DNA of 64,000 nucleotides from a virus (Duplodnaviria; Heunggongvirae; Uroviricota; Caudoviricetes): IMG/VR virus record IMGVR_UViG_3300037067_007156, positions 575,980 to 639,979 of that record; one strand, 5' to 3'. Shown piece by piece: positions 51,037 to 60,238 of this stretch (position 1 is its first letter; each line of letters starts with the position of its first letter). The notes under the pieces were generated by a model. It saw only the letters and a program-made list of their open reading frames with translations, ran no database searches and was not told where the DNA came from. The position numbers and the translations under genes were made by a program.

Positions 51037-52671
51037 ATGAATTATTTCATTGATAAAGCGAAAGCTGAAAAAAAATGGTTACCAGTTCTTGAAGAACTTG
51101 GAATTACAGACCCAGAAAAAAGGTCTTGGGTTGCTGAATATGCAGAAATGCATCAAATGAATGAAAACGTTGGTTATTCTACATTAGGTAACCTTAATGG
51201 CATGGGTGCTATTGTTAGCCCACAGCCTTCAACCGTACCCGGTCAAGTATGGGGTGGTGGAACAGATGGTTCTGGTGATATTGGACAGAATTTACTTCCA
51301 GTTTCTATGAAAATTGCAGCTCAGACTATCGGTCTTGATTTAGTTGCTGTTAAACCTACTGCATCTCCTAAAATTGATTTGTTATTCGTAGATTTTAAAT
51401 ACGATAATAATAATGACGAATCACTTGATAAACCTTTGGTTTTCAAAGTAAGTGGTAATGACTCTACTGAAACTGCTGTTTTAGTTGCTGCTCTTAGAGG
51501 TCACATGGCTGCTCGTCCAGCAGGTGCTATCATCGAAAGAATTGGTGGTTTAACTGCTCGTATGTTCTACAATTATGTTGCTAACACAGCTACATATGAT
51601 GTTGAACCTACTACAAAAACTGGAATTCTTGAATTCCTTGGTTTCTCAAGAGTTGATGGACTTCCAATGTTCCGTACATTCCGTCAGGTTGCAGTTCCAC
51701 AATTAGGTGGTGTTGAACCTATTTTTGATGCTACTAAAAATACATTCGCTTGGGATGTTGTTGTTGCTGATGCTTTATCTGCATTAACAGGATTTACCGA
51801 AGCTACTGTTGACTTAGTATCATTAATGGAAGACCACATTCCAGGTTTCGTAGCTGGATGGAATCTTAATACAGGTATGAACCGTGACACTGATGAACAC
51901 ACATACCCAGGCGTAATTGGCCCAGATGTAAGTACTAAATCCGTACAAGTTGGTGATATCGAAATCACAAGTGCTTTAAAACGTACTCAGATTGAAGATA
52001 TAAAAGCTTCTACTGGCATGGATATCGTTCAGAAATTAGAATCTGTTTTAATCAACGAATTAACCCAGACTATTTCTAAACAAATCGTAGCTAAAATTAC
52101 TGAACTTGCTGAATTAGCAAGAACAAGAGTAACTGTACCAACAGCTAAATTCGACTTCAATGTTACTACTTATCTTTCTGGTACTGCACCTGGTGGTGAA
52201 ACTACTCACTCAGTTCAGAGAAAACTGGTTGCTAAAGTTAACAACGCTTCTAACTTCATCGCTACTGATGGTAGGGTTGGTCCAGCTCAATATCTTGTTA
52301 CCAATGGTAATATTGCTTCTGTATTACAGGATGTATCTACATACACTCTTAATCCTCCTGCAACAAGTAAACTTAACACTAATGGACAGCTTTATCCTAT
52401 GGGTAACCTTGGACAAATAGCTATCTATGTTGACCCTTATCAAAGATGGGATGATAACCGTATCTTCTTAGGACGTAAGAACTCAGTTGACCAACCAGGT
52501 CTAATCTTCCTTCCTTACTTGATGGCTCAGTCAATTTCTTTAATTTCTGAAGCTACTTGGGCACCAAGGATGATGATTCGTAGTCGTTACGCTATCGCTG
52601 ACATCGGATTTTTCCCAGAAAAGCAATTCATGGCTTTACATGTTACTGATACTAATGGTGTATTAATTTAA
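51037..52671 (+). CDS. gp23: Major capsid protein (T4 gp23-like)
   Basis: KKW.PVLE, TIGLDLVAVKP, L.NEL...I.KQI, IYVDPY, FLPY, P.M...SRYA. Confidence 0.92.
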   Translation: MNYFIDKAKAEKKWLPVLEELGITDPEKRSWVAEYAEMHQMNENVGYSTLGNLNGMGAIVSPQPSTVPGQVWGGGTDGSGDIGQNLLPVSMKIAAQTIGLDLVAVKPTASPKIDLLFVDFKYDNNNDESLDKPLVFKVSGNDSTETAVLVAALRGHMAARPAGAIIERIGGLTARMFYNYVANTATYDVEPTTKTGILEFLGFSRVDGLPMFRTFRQVAVPQLGGVEPIFDATKNTFAWDVVVADALSALTGFTEATVDLVSLMEDHIPGFVAGWNLNTGMNRDTDEHTYPGVIGPDVSTKSVQVGDIEITSALKRTQIEDIKASTGMDIVQKLESVLINELTQTISKQIVAKITELAELARTRVTVPTAKFDFNVTTYLSGTAPGGETTHSVQRKLVAKVNNASNFIATDGRVGPAQYLVTNGNIASVLQDVSTYTLNPPATSKLNTNGQLYPMGNLGQIAIYVDPYQRWDDNRIFLGRKNSVDQPGLIFLPYLMAQSISLISEATWAPRMMIRSRYAIADIGFFPEKQFMALHVTDTNGVLI

Positions 52672-52696
52672 TCGTTAATATATCTTTTAATGATAG

Positions 52697-52722
52697 AAAA
52701 GGGGACATTAGTCCCCTTTTTT
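52697..52722 (+). terminator. Terminator after the capsid gene
   Basis: aaaaggggac-atta-gtccccttttt. Confidence 0.8.
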
Positions 52723-52743
52723 TATTTAAAATATTATATTATT

Positions 52744-53865
52744 ATGATAATAAATAAAAAAGTTAATATTTATATGACTAACAAAAATGTTGGTTATTAT
52801 AGAAATAAAGGATATAAAATTGAATCTTTTAAACATTATGATATATTCATAGAAGATTTACCACCAAATTGTAAAAATGTGATAGAAGTTGAATGTGATA
52901 TTTGTAAAAAACATAAACATATATTATTTTCAAGTTATTACAGAAATATAAATAATTATGGATATTATGCTTGTTCAGGTAAATGTGCAATAGGTAAAAA
53001 CATTAAAACCAGTTTAAAAATTTATGGTACAAACTATCCTAACCAAAACAAGAATCAAAAAGATAAAATTAAAGCGACTAAAAAAGAACGATATAATAAC
53101 GAATACTATACAAATATTGAGAAACAAAAAGAAACATTATTGAATTTATATGGGGTGGATTCGTATATGAAAACAAAAGAATTCAGAGATAAAAGTAAAA
53201 TAACATCACTTAAAAAATATGATGTTGAACATCCACAAAATAATCCAGATATCAGAGAACAAACTAAAAATACTAATTTAAAAAAATATGGTTTTGAAAC
53301 TCCACTTCAAAATAAAGATATAAAAAATAAGATTAAAGCAACTAAAAAAGGACGATATGATGACGAGTATTATAATAACAGACAACAATTTAAGGAAACC
53401 TGTGTATTAAGATATAATAATGAAAATCCGATGCAAAACGAAGAAATAAAAGATTATTACAAATTAAGATTTAATGAAAAATATGGTGTTAATCATCCAT
53501 CACAAGTAGAAAGTTTTTATAAAAAATGTATAGAAAATGGATATAAGGTAAAAAAATACAAAGATTCAAATATATATTATCAAGGAACATATGAATATGA
53601 TTTTTTAAACAAATATTATGGGAAAATAATTATCGAAAGAGGTATAACATTTGAATTTATTTATAAAAATGAAAAGAAATTCTATTATTCAGATTTTTAT
53701 ATACCGACTTTAAATTTAATAGTAGAAATCAAATCTAATAAGTGGTATAATGAGCACCTTGAACTAAATCTAAAAAAACAGAAAATATGTATAGAAATGG
53801 GTTATAATTTTTTATTTGTGGTAGATAAAAATTATTCTGTATTTGATAAATTAATAAATCTTTAA
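52744..53865 (+). CDS. Putative homing-type endonuclease (KYG repeats plus TnsA-like PD-(D/E)XK domain)
   Basis: CDIC, repeats, YYQGTYE.DFL..YYSDFYI..IVEIKS. Confidence 0.7.
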   Translation: MIINKKVNIYMTNKNVGYYRNKGYKIESFKHYDIFIEDLPPNCKNVIEVECDICKKHKHILFSSYYRNINNYGYYACSGKCAIGKNIKTSLKIYGTNYPNQNKNQKDKIKATKKERYNNEYYTNIEKQKETLLNLYGVDSYMKTKEFRDKSKITSLKKYDVEHPQNNPDIREQTKNTNLKKYGFETPLQNKDIKNKIKATKKGRYDDEYYNNRQQFKETCVLRYNNENPMQNEEIKDYYKLRFNEKYGVNHPSQVESFYKKCIENGYKVKKYKDSNIYYQGTYEYDFLNKYYGKIIIERGITFEFIYKNEKKFYYSDFYIPTLNLIVEIKSNKWYNEHLELNLKKQKICIEMGYNFLFVVDKNYSVFDKLINL

Positions 53866-53944
53866 ATCATAAAAAAGTATATTTATTCATCAAAGCTTAT
53901 TTTAATTTATACCTTTGTTTTTAAATTTTAAAAATAAACCATAG

Positions 53945-55537
53945 ATGTTATTAGATGAGTATATTATAATAAACATTACTAATAAAAATAAAAAATATTT
54001 TAAAAATAAAGGTTATGATATTACACAAAATGGTAAATATTCCATTAAAATTATAGATTTACCTAAAGGTTCTCATGTTAGGATACGAGTTAAATGTGAT
54101 ATATGCAATCAAGAAAAAGAAATTAATTATTATGATTATTATAATATAACAAAAGATAACACCCAACTATATTATTGTTATAACTGCAAAAATATAAAAA
54201 CTAAAAAAACCTGTATAGAAAGATATGAAGTTGAAAATGTTTTTCAACTTGAGGATGTTAAAAACAAAATTAAAGAAACGAACAATTTGTTGTATAATAA
54301 AGATTTTGCGATACAAAATGATTTGATACAAAATAAATCCATACAAACTAATTTAAAAAAACATGGTGTAAAATTTCCAACACAAAACATAAAAACAATA
54401 AACAAGCAAAAACAAACAAATATTGAACGGTATGGTTGTGAATTTACACTTAATAATGAAAATGTTAAAAATAAGTCGAATATTACCAAAATTATAAAAT
54501 TTGGAACTACAAACCTTTCAAAATCAAAAATAATACAAGAAAGAAAGTTAATAACAAGATTAAAAAATTTAAATATTAATTATCCAAAATATAATTTCGT
54601 CAATTACAAAGATGATTTTTATTATATAAAATGTGATAATTGTTGTGAACACACGTTTAAAATTTTACCAGAATTATTTAGAAATAGAGTAAAACAACAT
54701 ACAATTGTCTGTACAGTATGTAATCCAGTGAATAGTTTTTCCATATCAGGAATTGAATTAGAATTTCAAAAATTCATTAAACAAATCTATAATAAAGAGA
54801 TTGTTTTAAACGAGAGGAAATTAATAAAACCCTTTGAAATTGATGTCTATTTAAAAGACCTAAATATAGCTTTTGAATTTAATGGTGTCTTCTGGCATAA
54901 TGAATTTAATAAAACAAAAGATTATCACAAAAATAAAACTGATTTATTATTAGTTAAAAATATTCAACTTTTACATATATGGGAAGACGACTGGTTATAT
55001 AAAAATGATATAATTAAATCTATTATTAAAAATAAACTGGGAATTATAGAAAATAAAATATTCGCTATTGAATGTAAGATTAAAATTATAAAAGATAGTG
55101 AAATGATTAAAACATTTTTAGATAGTAATCATATACAAGGTTATACACAATCTTCTATAAAAATAGGATTATTTTATAAAAATAAATTAGTATCTATAAT
55201 GATTTTTTCTAAAACTAATAATGATAATTACGAAATAAATAGATTTTGTGATAAAATTAATAATATTGTTGTAGGGTCGGCCTTAAAAATGTTTAAATTT
55301 TTTATGAATAAATATAAACCCAAAGAAGTTTTAACCTATTTAGATAGGGATTTGTCAACGGGACAAGAATATGAATTATTAGGTTTCGAAAGAATAGAAG
55401 AAACTTCACCTACATATTCTTATGTTATAAACGGTATAAGAAAAAATAAAAACAATAAAGCGCATAAAGAATTTTATTATGGTGTGTTTAATTCTGGTAA
55501 TTATATTTTCAGATATAAAAACATTTTGGTTGATTAA
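53945..55537 (+). CDS. Hef-like endonuclease (repeats, PD-(D/E)XK, GNAT-like C-terminus)
   Basis: EIDVYL..AFEFNG.FWH..IWEDDW; FLD.NHIQG..EINRFC. Confidence 0.7.
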   Translation: MLLDEYIIINITNKNKKYFKNKGYDITQNGKYSIKIIDLPKGSHVRIRVKCDICNQEKEINYYDYYNITKDNTQLYYCYNCKNIKTKKTCIERYEVENVFQLEDVKNKIKETNNLLYNKDFAIQNDLIQNKSIQTNLKKHGVKFPTQNIKTINKQKQTNIERYGCEFTLNNENVKNKSNITKIIKFGTTNLSKSKIIQERKLITRLKNLNINYPKYNFVNYKDDFYYIKCDNCCEHTFKILPELFRNRVKQHTIVCTVCNPVNSFSISGIELEFQKFIKQIYNKEIVLNERKLIKPFEIDVYLKDLNIAFEFNGVFWHNEFNKTKDYHKNKTDLLLVKNIQLLHIWEDDWLYKNDIIKSIIKNKLGIIENKIFAIECKIKIIKDSEMIKTFLDSNHIQGYTQSSIKIGLFYKNKLVSIMIFSKTNNDNYEINRFCDKINNIVVGSALKMFKFFMNKYKPKEVLTYLDRDLSTGQEYELLGFERIEETSPTYSYVINGIRKNKNNKAHKEFYYGVFNSGNYIFRYKNILVD

Positions 55538-55563
55538 ACTAATATTAAAATATATCTAAATTC

Positions 55564-56445
55564 ATGAAAAATATATGGACAAAAGATACAATTCATAAAG
55601 AAGCGTTAAAATATTTTTATAAAATAGATTTTTTAAAAAGTAATGAGTCAGCTTATAAAATAGCTGTTAAAAATGGTTGGTTAAATGATGTTTGTTCACA
55701 CATGAAAACAAAAGGTTCTAAATTTAATCGTTGTATATATTCATATGAGTTTTCTGATAATTTTGTTTATATTGGTTTGACTTATAATATCGAAAAAAGA
55801 CATAAAGAAAGATTGAATGATAAAAATGATAGTGTTTATAAACATATTAATAAAACAGGGTTGTCACCTAAGTTGTTAATTTTAACAAAATATATCGATG
55901 TTGAAAGGGCGGTTTATTATGAATCGTTTTATTTAAATGAATATAAAGAAAATGGTTGGTTTATCTTAAATAAGAAAAAAACTGGTTCTATTGGTGGTGT
56001 AGAACAAAAATGGAATAAAACTATATGTTATGAATTAGCATTAAAATGTAAAACAAAAAATGAATTTATAAAAAAATATATTGGTGCTTATTATTTTGCA
56101 AGCAAAAATGGTTGGTTAGATGACATCTATAATGAAATTGGTATAAAAACCTACAATGATTATACTTATAATGAATGTAAAATCGAAGCGTTAAAATATA
56201 GAATCCGAAATGATTTTAGACTGGGTTCTAATAAATATTATAAAAAAGCATTAAAAAGTTTGTGGTTAGAAGATATATGTAAACATATGATTATATGTTC
56301 TAAACCAAAAAATTATTGGACTTTTGAAAGAGGTTTTGAATATTGTAAAAGTTGTAAAAACAAATTTGATTTAAAAAAGAAAAATATATCATTATATACT
56401 ATATCAGTGAAGAAAAAATGGTTAAATCAATTTTTTAATGATTAA
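55564..56445 (+). CDS. GIY-YIG endonuclease with repeats
   Basis: CIYSYEFSDNFVYIGLT..KRHKE. Confidence 0.72.
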   Translation: MKNIWTKDTIHKEALKYFYKIDFLKSNESAYKIAVKNGWLNDVCSHMKTKGSKFNRCIYSYEFSDNFVYIGLTYNIEKRHKERLNDKNDSVYKHINKTGLSPKLLILTKYIDVERAVYYESFYLNEYKENGWFILNKKKTGSIGGVEQKWNKTICYELALKCKTKNEFIKKYIGAYYFASKNGWLDDIYNEIGIKTYNDYTYNECKIEALKYRIRNDFRLGSNKYYKKALKSLWLEDICKHMIICSKPKNYWTFERGFEYCKSCKNKFDLKKKNISLYTISVKKKWLNQFFND

Positions 56446-56459
56446 CCACGATTTTTAAA

Positions 56460-56657
56460 TTAATTATTTTCTTTGAATTCTGGAAACAATTTTTCCAATT
56501 TCATTCTTCTTGTAATTCTTTTAATTGTACATTTCATTGTTGTTAAACGTTGTTTACCATCAATAATAGGTGGTGTAGCACCATAAACACTATTTATTAA
56601 CATTTTTTGCTGCCTTCTGGTAGCTCGACCCAATACTTGTAATTCTAATAAAGTCAT
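56460..56657 (-). CDS. Tagged mini-protein carrying family B polymerase motif B
   Basis: QKMLINSVYGA; ends RRMKLEKLFPE. Confidence 0.6.
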   Translation of the reverse strand: MTLLELQVLGRATRRQQKMLINSVYGATPPIIDGKQRLTTMKCTIKRITRRMKLEKLFPEFKENN

Positions 56658-56696
56658 ATTACAAAATTAATATATTTTTTAATATGAACATGGGAA

Positions 56697-56954
56697 TTAA
56701 TACATTAAATCATCACCAAATATATCTTGTATTTTTTTATTTCTTAACTCTCTTAACTCTCTTAACTTTCTTCTTGCTTCTTCTTGCTTTAACTGCTCAC
56801 CAAAAAGGGTTTCCATTATTTGTTTATTTATTTCTTTTGAAAGTTCTTCACTTAAAATATCAGTCAAATAACTTTCCAAATCACAACCAAAATTAGTATA
56901 ATTCCCGATGTTACTGATTGTATTACTATTCCATATAGACATTCCACTATTCAT
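56697..56954 (-). CDS. Tagged mini-protein carrying a major-capsid helix fragment
   Basis: GCDLESYLTDILSEELSKEINKQI; ends LRNKKIQDIFGD. Confidence 0.65.
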   Translation of the reverse strand: MNSGMSIWNSNTISNIGNYTNFGCDLESYLTDILSEELSKEINKQIMETLFGEQLKQEEARRKLRELRELRNKKIQDIFGDDLMY

Positions 56955-57141
56955 TATTAAAAATTTCTTCGATTTTTGATTTTCTTATTAATGAGGGTGT
57001 TAATTTTTCAAATGATTTAATTAAACTGTTTAATTGTTCTGCTAAGTAGCTTGAATAACTTATACTTTGTTCAAGTCGTTCTGCTAATTTATCATATTCT
57101 TCTTTGCGAACATATTTACTTCTATCTAATAACATCATCAA
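56947..57141 (-). CDS. Tagged mini-protein carrying scaffold repeat units
   Basis: LAERLEQSISYSSYLAEQLN; ends IRKSKIEEIF. Confidence 0.65.
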   Translation of the reverse strand: MMMLLDRSKYVRKEEYDKLAERLEQSISYSSYLAEQLNSLIKSFEKLTPSLIRKSKIEEIFNNE

Positions 57142-57304
57142 ATATTTTATTTAATTTTTCTTTACGTGTTTTTCTAAGTTCAACACGTTCTTCTTCTGGT
57201 GATTGAATACTTAATGTTTTCATCAACCATTTTATATCAAAAACATTCAATTGTGTCAGTTCTGATAATAACTTAATTTTTTCTTTATTGTAATTCATCA
57301 CCAA
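57122..57304 (-). CDS. Tagged mini-protein, payload unidentified
   Basis: Ends TRKEKLNKIFDD. Confidence 0.55.
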   Translation of the reverse strand: MVMNYNKEKIKLLSELTQLNVFDIKWLMKTLSIQSPEEERVELRKTRKEKLNKIFDDVIR

Positions 57305-57512
57305 ATATTCTATTTAATTTTTCTTTACGTGTTTTTCTTTTCAATCGTCGCTCTTCTTCTTGCAACAAAAGTTTAAGTTCGTTTTCCACCAATGAAACTG
57401 ATATTCCACAATTTTGAAAATCTTCTATTTGTTCGGATGTTACATTAACTGAAATTTTTCTTGTATTAACCGAAACCGTTTTGGTTATCAATTTTAGCTG
57501 TTTCTGTTTCAT
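57285..57512 (-). CDS. Tagged mini-protein carrying a major-capsid strand-helix fragment
   Basis: TKTVSVNTRKIS..TSEQIEDFQ..GI; ends TRKEKLNRIFGDE. Confidence 0.6.
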   Translation of the reverse strand: MKQKQLKLITKTVSVNTRKISVNVTSEQIEDFQNCGISVSLVENELKLLLQEEERRLKRKTRKEKLNRIFGDELQ

Positions 57513-57762
57513 TATTTAATGTTGATATTAATTCTGGAAATAATTCTTCTATTTTACTTTTTCTTTCAGCCCTTTTCATTTCACGTTCTAAATCCCACAA
57601 ACCTTCCATAGAAATAGTCGAAGCAGATGCATATAAGATTTGAGAAGACATGCTTGTGCAACCAGATAACATATTAGGATTCATAACATTTGGTTGTATA
57701 CTAACCACTAACGGTGTTGCTAACTGTTTAGATTGTTTTATTGTTTTATTTTTCCAAAACAT
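57466..57762 (-). CDS. Tagged mini-protein, possible capsid N-terminal fragment
   Basis: LA..LVVSIQP..SQILY; ERKSKIEELFPE. Confidence 0.5.
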   Translation of the reverse strand: MFWKNKTIKQSKQLATPLVVSIQPNVMNPNMLSGCTSMSSQILYASASTISMEGLWDLEREMKRAERKSKIEELFPELISTLNNETETAKIDNQNGFG

Positions 57763-57765
57763 AAT

Positions 57766-58650
57766 TTACAAGTTAGATTTATTATATTTAATAAATTCTT
57801 CGAAAAAAATATAATTTTTATTAATGATTATAATAAAATTAAATCCATTTTTTATAACAGCCTTTTCCTTTTCTTCAATTATATTTTTATCTCTATTAAA
57901 CAAATAAGAATTTTTTATTTCAATAATTAGATTATATTCTTTTATATAAAAATCACTATGATATATTCTATTTTTATTATTATATCTATATTTTATAGAT
58001 TGACCTCTTTCGATGTTTGGTAATAAATTATAATATTTATCTAAAAAATCTTTTTCATAAGAACCTTGATAATATAATGATGTTTCATTATATTGTTTTA
58101 ATTTATATAAACTTTTAAATATTTTTTCATGTATCTCAGGTACTTGTGACGGATAATCCACATTAAATTTATTTTTATAACCATCTTTTATTTTAGATTT
58201 AATTTTTTCATTTTGAAAAACGTTTTTAAAACCATATTTCTTAATATTAGTTTCTTCGGTTTTTTTAATTACTTCCTTATTTTGATGTGGGTTTTTAGTT
58301 CCATATTTATTTAAACATGTTTTCACTCTTTTTTCTTTAATACTTTCTATTTTTGATACGTTATCAACTCCATATTTATCTAAACATGTTTTTCTTAATA
58401 AATGAATCCTACATTCATATCCAACATAAAAATTATTCTTTTTAATATTCAACAGATATTTATTATAACCAATTTCATTAATTTTATCGCATATATCACA
58501 TTTACATTCAACTTTTAATGTAGAATTAATATTAACTTTTTCTATTGGTACTTCTATAACTTCTCCTATTTTTATGTTTCCAAAACAATTTCGATAAAAT
58601 GTAAAATTTCTATTTGTTATCTTAATTAATAACTTATCAGTTAATATCAA
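57766..58650 (-). CDS. Putative homing-type endonuclease, paralog of 52744..53865
   Basis: KYGVDN repeats; YYQGSYE.DFL..YHSDFYI..IIEIK. Confidence 0.7.
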   Translation of the reverse strand: MILTDKLLIKITNRNFTFYRNCFGNIKIGEVIEVPIEKVNINSTLKVECKCDICDKINEIGYNKYLLNIKKNNFYVGYECRIHLLRKTCLDKYGVDNVSKIESIKEKRVKTCLNKYGTKNPHQNKEVIKKTEETNIKKYGFKNVFQNEKIKSKIKDGYKNKFNVDYPSQVPEIHEKIFKSLYKLKQYNETSLYYQGSYEKDFLDKYYNLLPNIERGQSIKYRYNNKNRIYHSDFYIKEYNLIIEIKNSYLFNRDKNIIEEKEKAVIKNGFNFIIIINKNYIFFEEFIKYNKSNL

Positions 58651-58666
58651 TTTTCTTATTTAATTT

Positions 58667-60148
58667 TTATAAATTACCAATTTCCAGTTCAAGTTGTTCA
58701 AGTTCATGTTTTAATTTATTTAAATCTTCGTTAGCTTTTAACATAACTTTTTTATGCTTTTTTCTTTCAGTGTAAATATCACCCATAACCTCATTAACAA
58801 CACCAATTTCATTTTTGAACACCGCACCATTTAAAGTAATGATATCATTATCTTCTATGGGTATTTTAAGACCGTTAAATAATGAATATTTACCAGACTT
58901 GTCAATTTGTCCTTTATAAGAATCAGCTGATATATTAAATTGACGCATCGTGGTGGGGTAAAGTGAAGCAAAGTCATAGCAACAAGTCCACGTTTTCATA
59001 CCCCTAAATGGATTCTTAACCCACCCACCTTTAACCATTTTAGATGTTGTTTCAATAATATTTGGGTCGATATAACCATCGGGGTCATTTAATTTACATA
59101 AAATAATGTTTTTCTTTTCTCTTAATTTCAAACGTAATATACCTTCTGTAACCGCTAAAGTTGAAAAGGCATCCAATGCTTTGATTTTTGATAAAGTTGA
59201 AATACCGTATAAAACATCAATGTATTTCATTTTTTCATGAATTTTTTGAACTAACAGTGAGTCAACTGCATTATAAAATACGAATTTTTTATAATCATCA
59301 CGATATAATATTTTCAAGTTACCTTCATAATTAACTTTTTTCATTTTAAGTAACTTTTCAGCTACAAAATCTAAAGCACTCGATTCTTTAACCTTGACTG
59401 CTGTATCCCATTTTTCGTAGAGTTCCATATAATCTACTACTATTCTATGTGCTGGTAGTTCTGCAAAATTATCATCATCATAAGATGACCTAAGATTACC
59501 AGTAAAAGATGATATTTCAGGTTTAATATTTAATTTTCTCGCACGTTTAACCAGATAAACCCAATCGTAGTTTACGAAATTCCAACCCGTGATAACAGAC
59601 ATTTGTTGGGTCATTTTGAAAAAATCAAAAATCATATGTTTCTCAGAAGCATATCTTTTATATTTGAATTCTATTTTAAGATTAAATTTAGAAAAATAGT
59701 TTTCAATATCATTTTTAATACCATCTTGGTCTGGTTGAGATAAATCCTGTAACCCCATAACCATTACCTGATTGTTAAATACAATAGATATTGTTTGTAT
59801 AACACCTTCTGCCAGTTGAGGTGACGGTCTTTTTTCTAAAATTTCATTCTCAATATCAACAAAGAAAATATTTGGTTCTTGGTAATCAAAAATAATTTTC
59901 TTTTCATCCTCTGGTAAACTATCCAAATATTCATAAGTAGAATATCTATTGGGATAGTTAGTATCAATTTCTTTAACACTACGACCATCCCATGTGATAT
60001 ATTGTTCATGTTTATTAGAATCTTTATGGGAACATGTGACAAATTTTTTTGGGTCTTTCCAAGGAATATATTTCATTTTTATAGCTCCTTTATCATTGAT
60101 ATAAGAAACTACCAAATTATTTGATTTGAATTCAAAATCTACGAGCAT
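58667..60148 (-). CDS. polB: Family B DNA polymerase, N-terminal subunit (exonuclease plus motif A)
   Basis: ExoI VDIE, ExoII GWN...YD..YL, ExoIII YNAVD, GGWV..P, YDFASLYP; stops before motifs B and C. Confidence 0.88.
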   Translation of the reverse strand: MLVDFEFKSNNLVVSYINDKGAIKMKYIPWKDPKKFVTCSHKDSNKHEQYITWDGRSVKEIDTNYPNRYSTYEYLDSLPEDEKKIIFDYQEPNIFFVDIENEILEKRPSPQLAEGVIQTISIVFNNQVMVMGLQDLSQPDQDGIKNDIENYFSKFNLKIEFKYKRYASEKHMIFDFFKMTQQMSVITGWNFVNYDWVYLVKRARKLNIKPEISSFTGNLRSSYDDDNFAELPAHRIVVDYMELYEKWDTAVKVKESSALDFVAEKLLKMKKVNYEGNLKILYRDDYKKFVFYNAVDSLLVQKIHEKMKYIDVLYGISTLSKIKALDAFSTLAVTEGILRLKLREKKNIILCKLNDPDGYIDPNIIETTSKMVKGGWVKNPFRGMKTWTCCYDFASLYPTTMRQFNISADSYKGQIDKSGKYSLFNGLKIPIEDNDIITLNGAVFKNEIGVVNEVMGDIYTERKKHKKVMLKANEDLNKLKHELEQLELEIGNL

Positions 60149-60238
60149 AATTAAAACTTTTTAATTTATATATACTAAAAAATTAAAAAAGTTTAATGAA
60201 TTTAAAAACAATTCTATTTACATGAAAAATAATTATTT

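Noticed and set aside
56460-60148. Intron-split polymerase with 56460 as a downstream exon
   Set aside because: The upstream ORF has its own stop, several independent genes intervene, and the small ORF lacks motif C; no intron structure recognised
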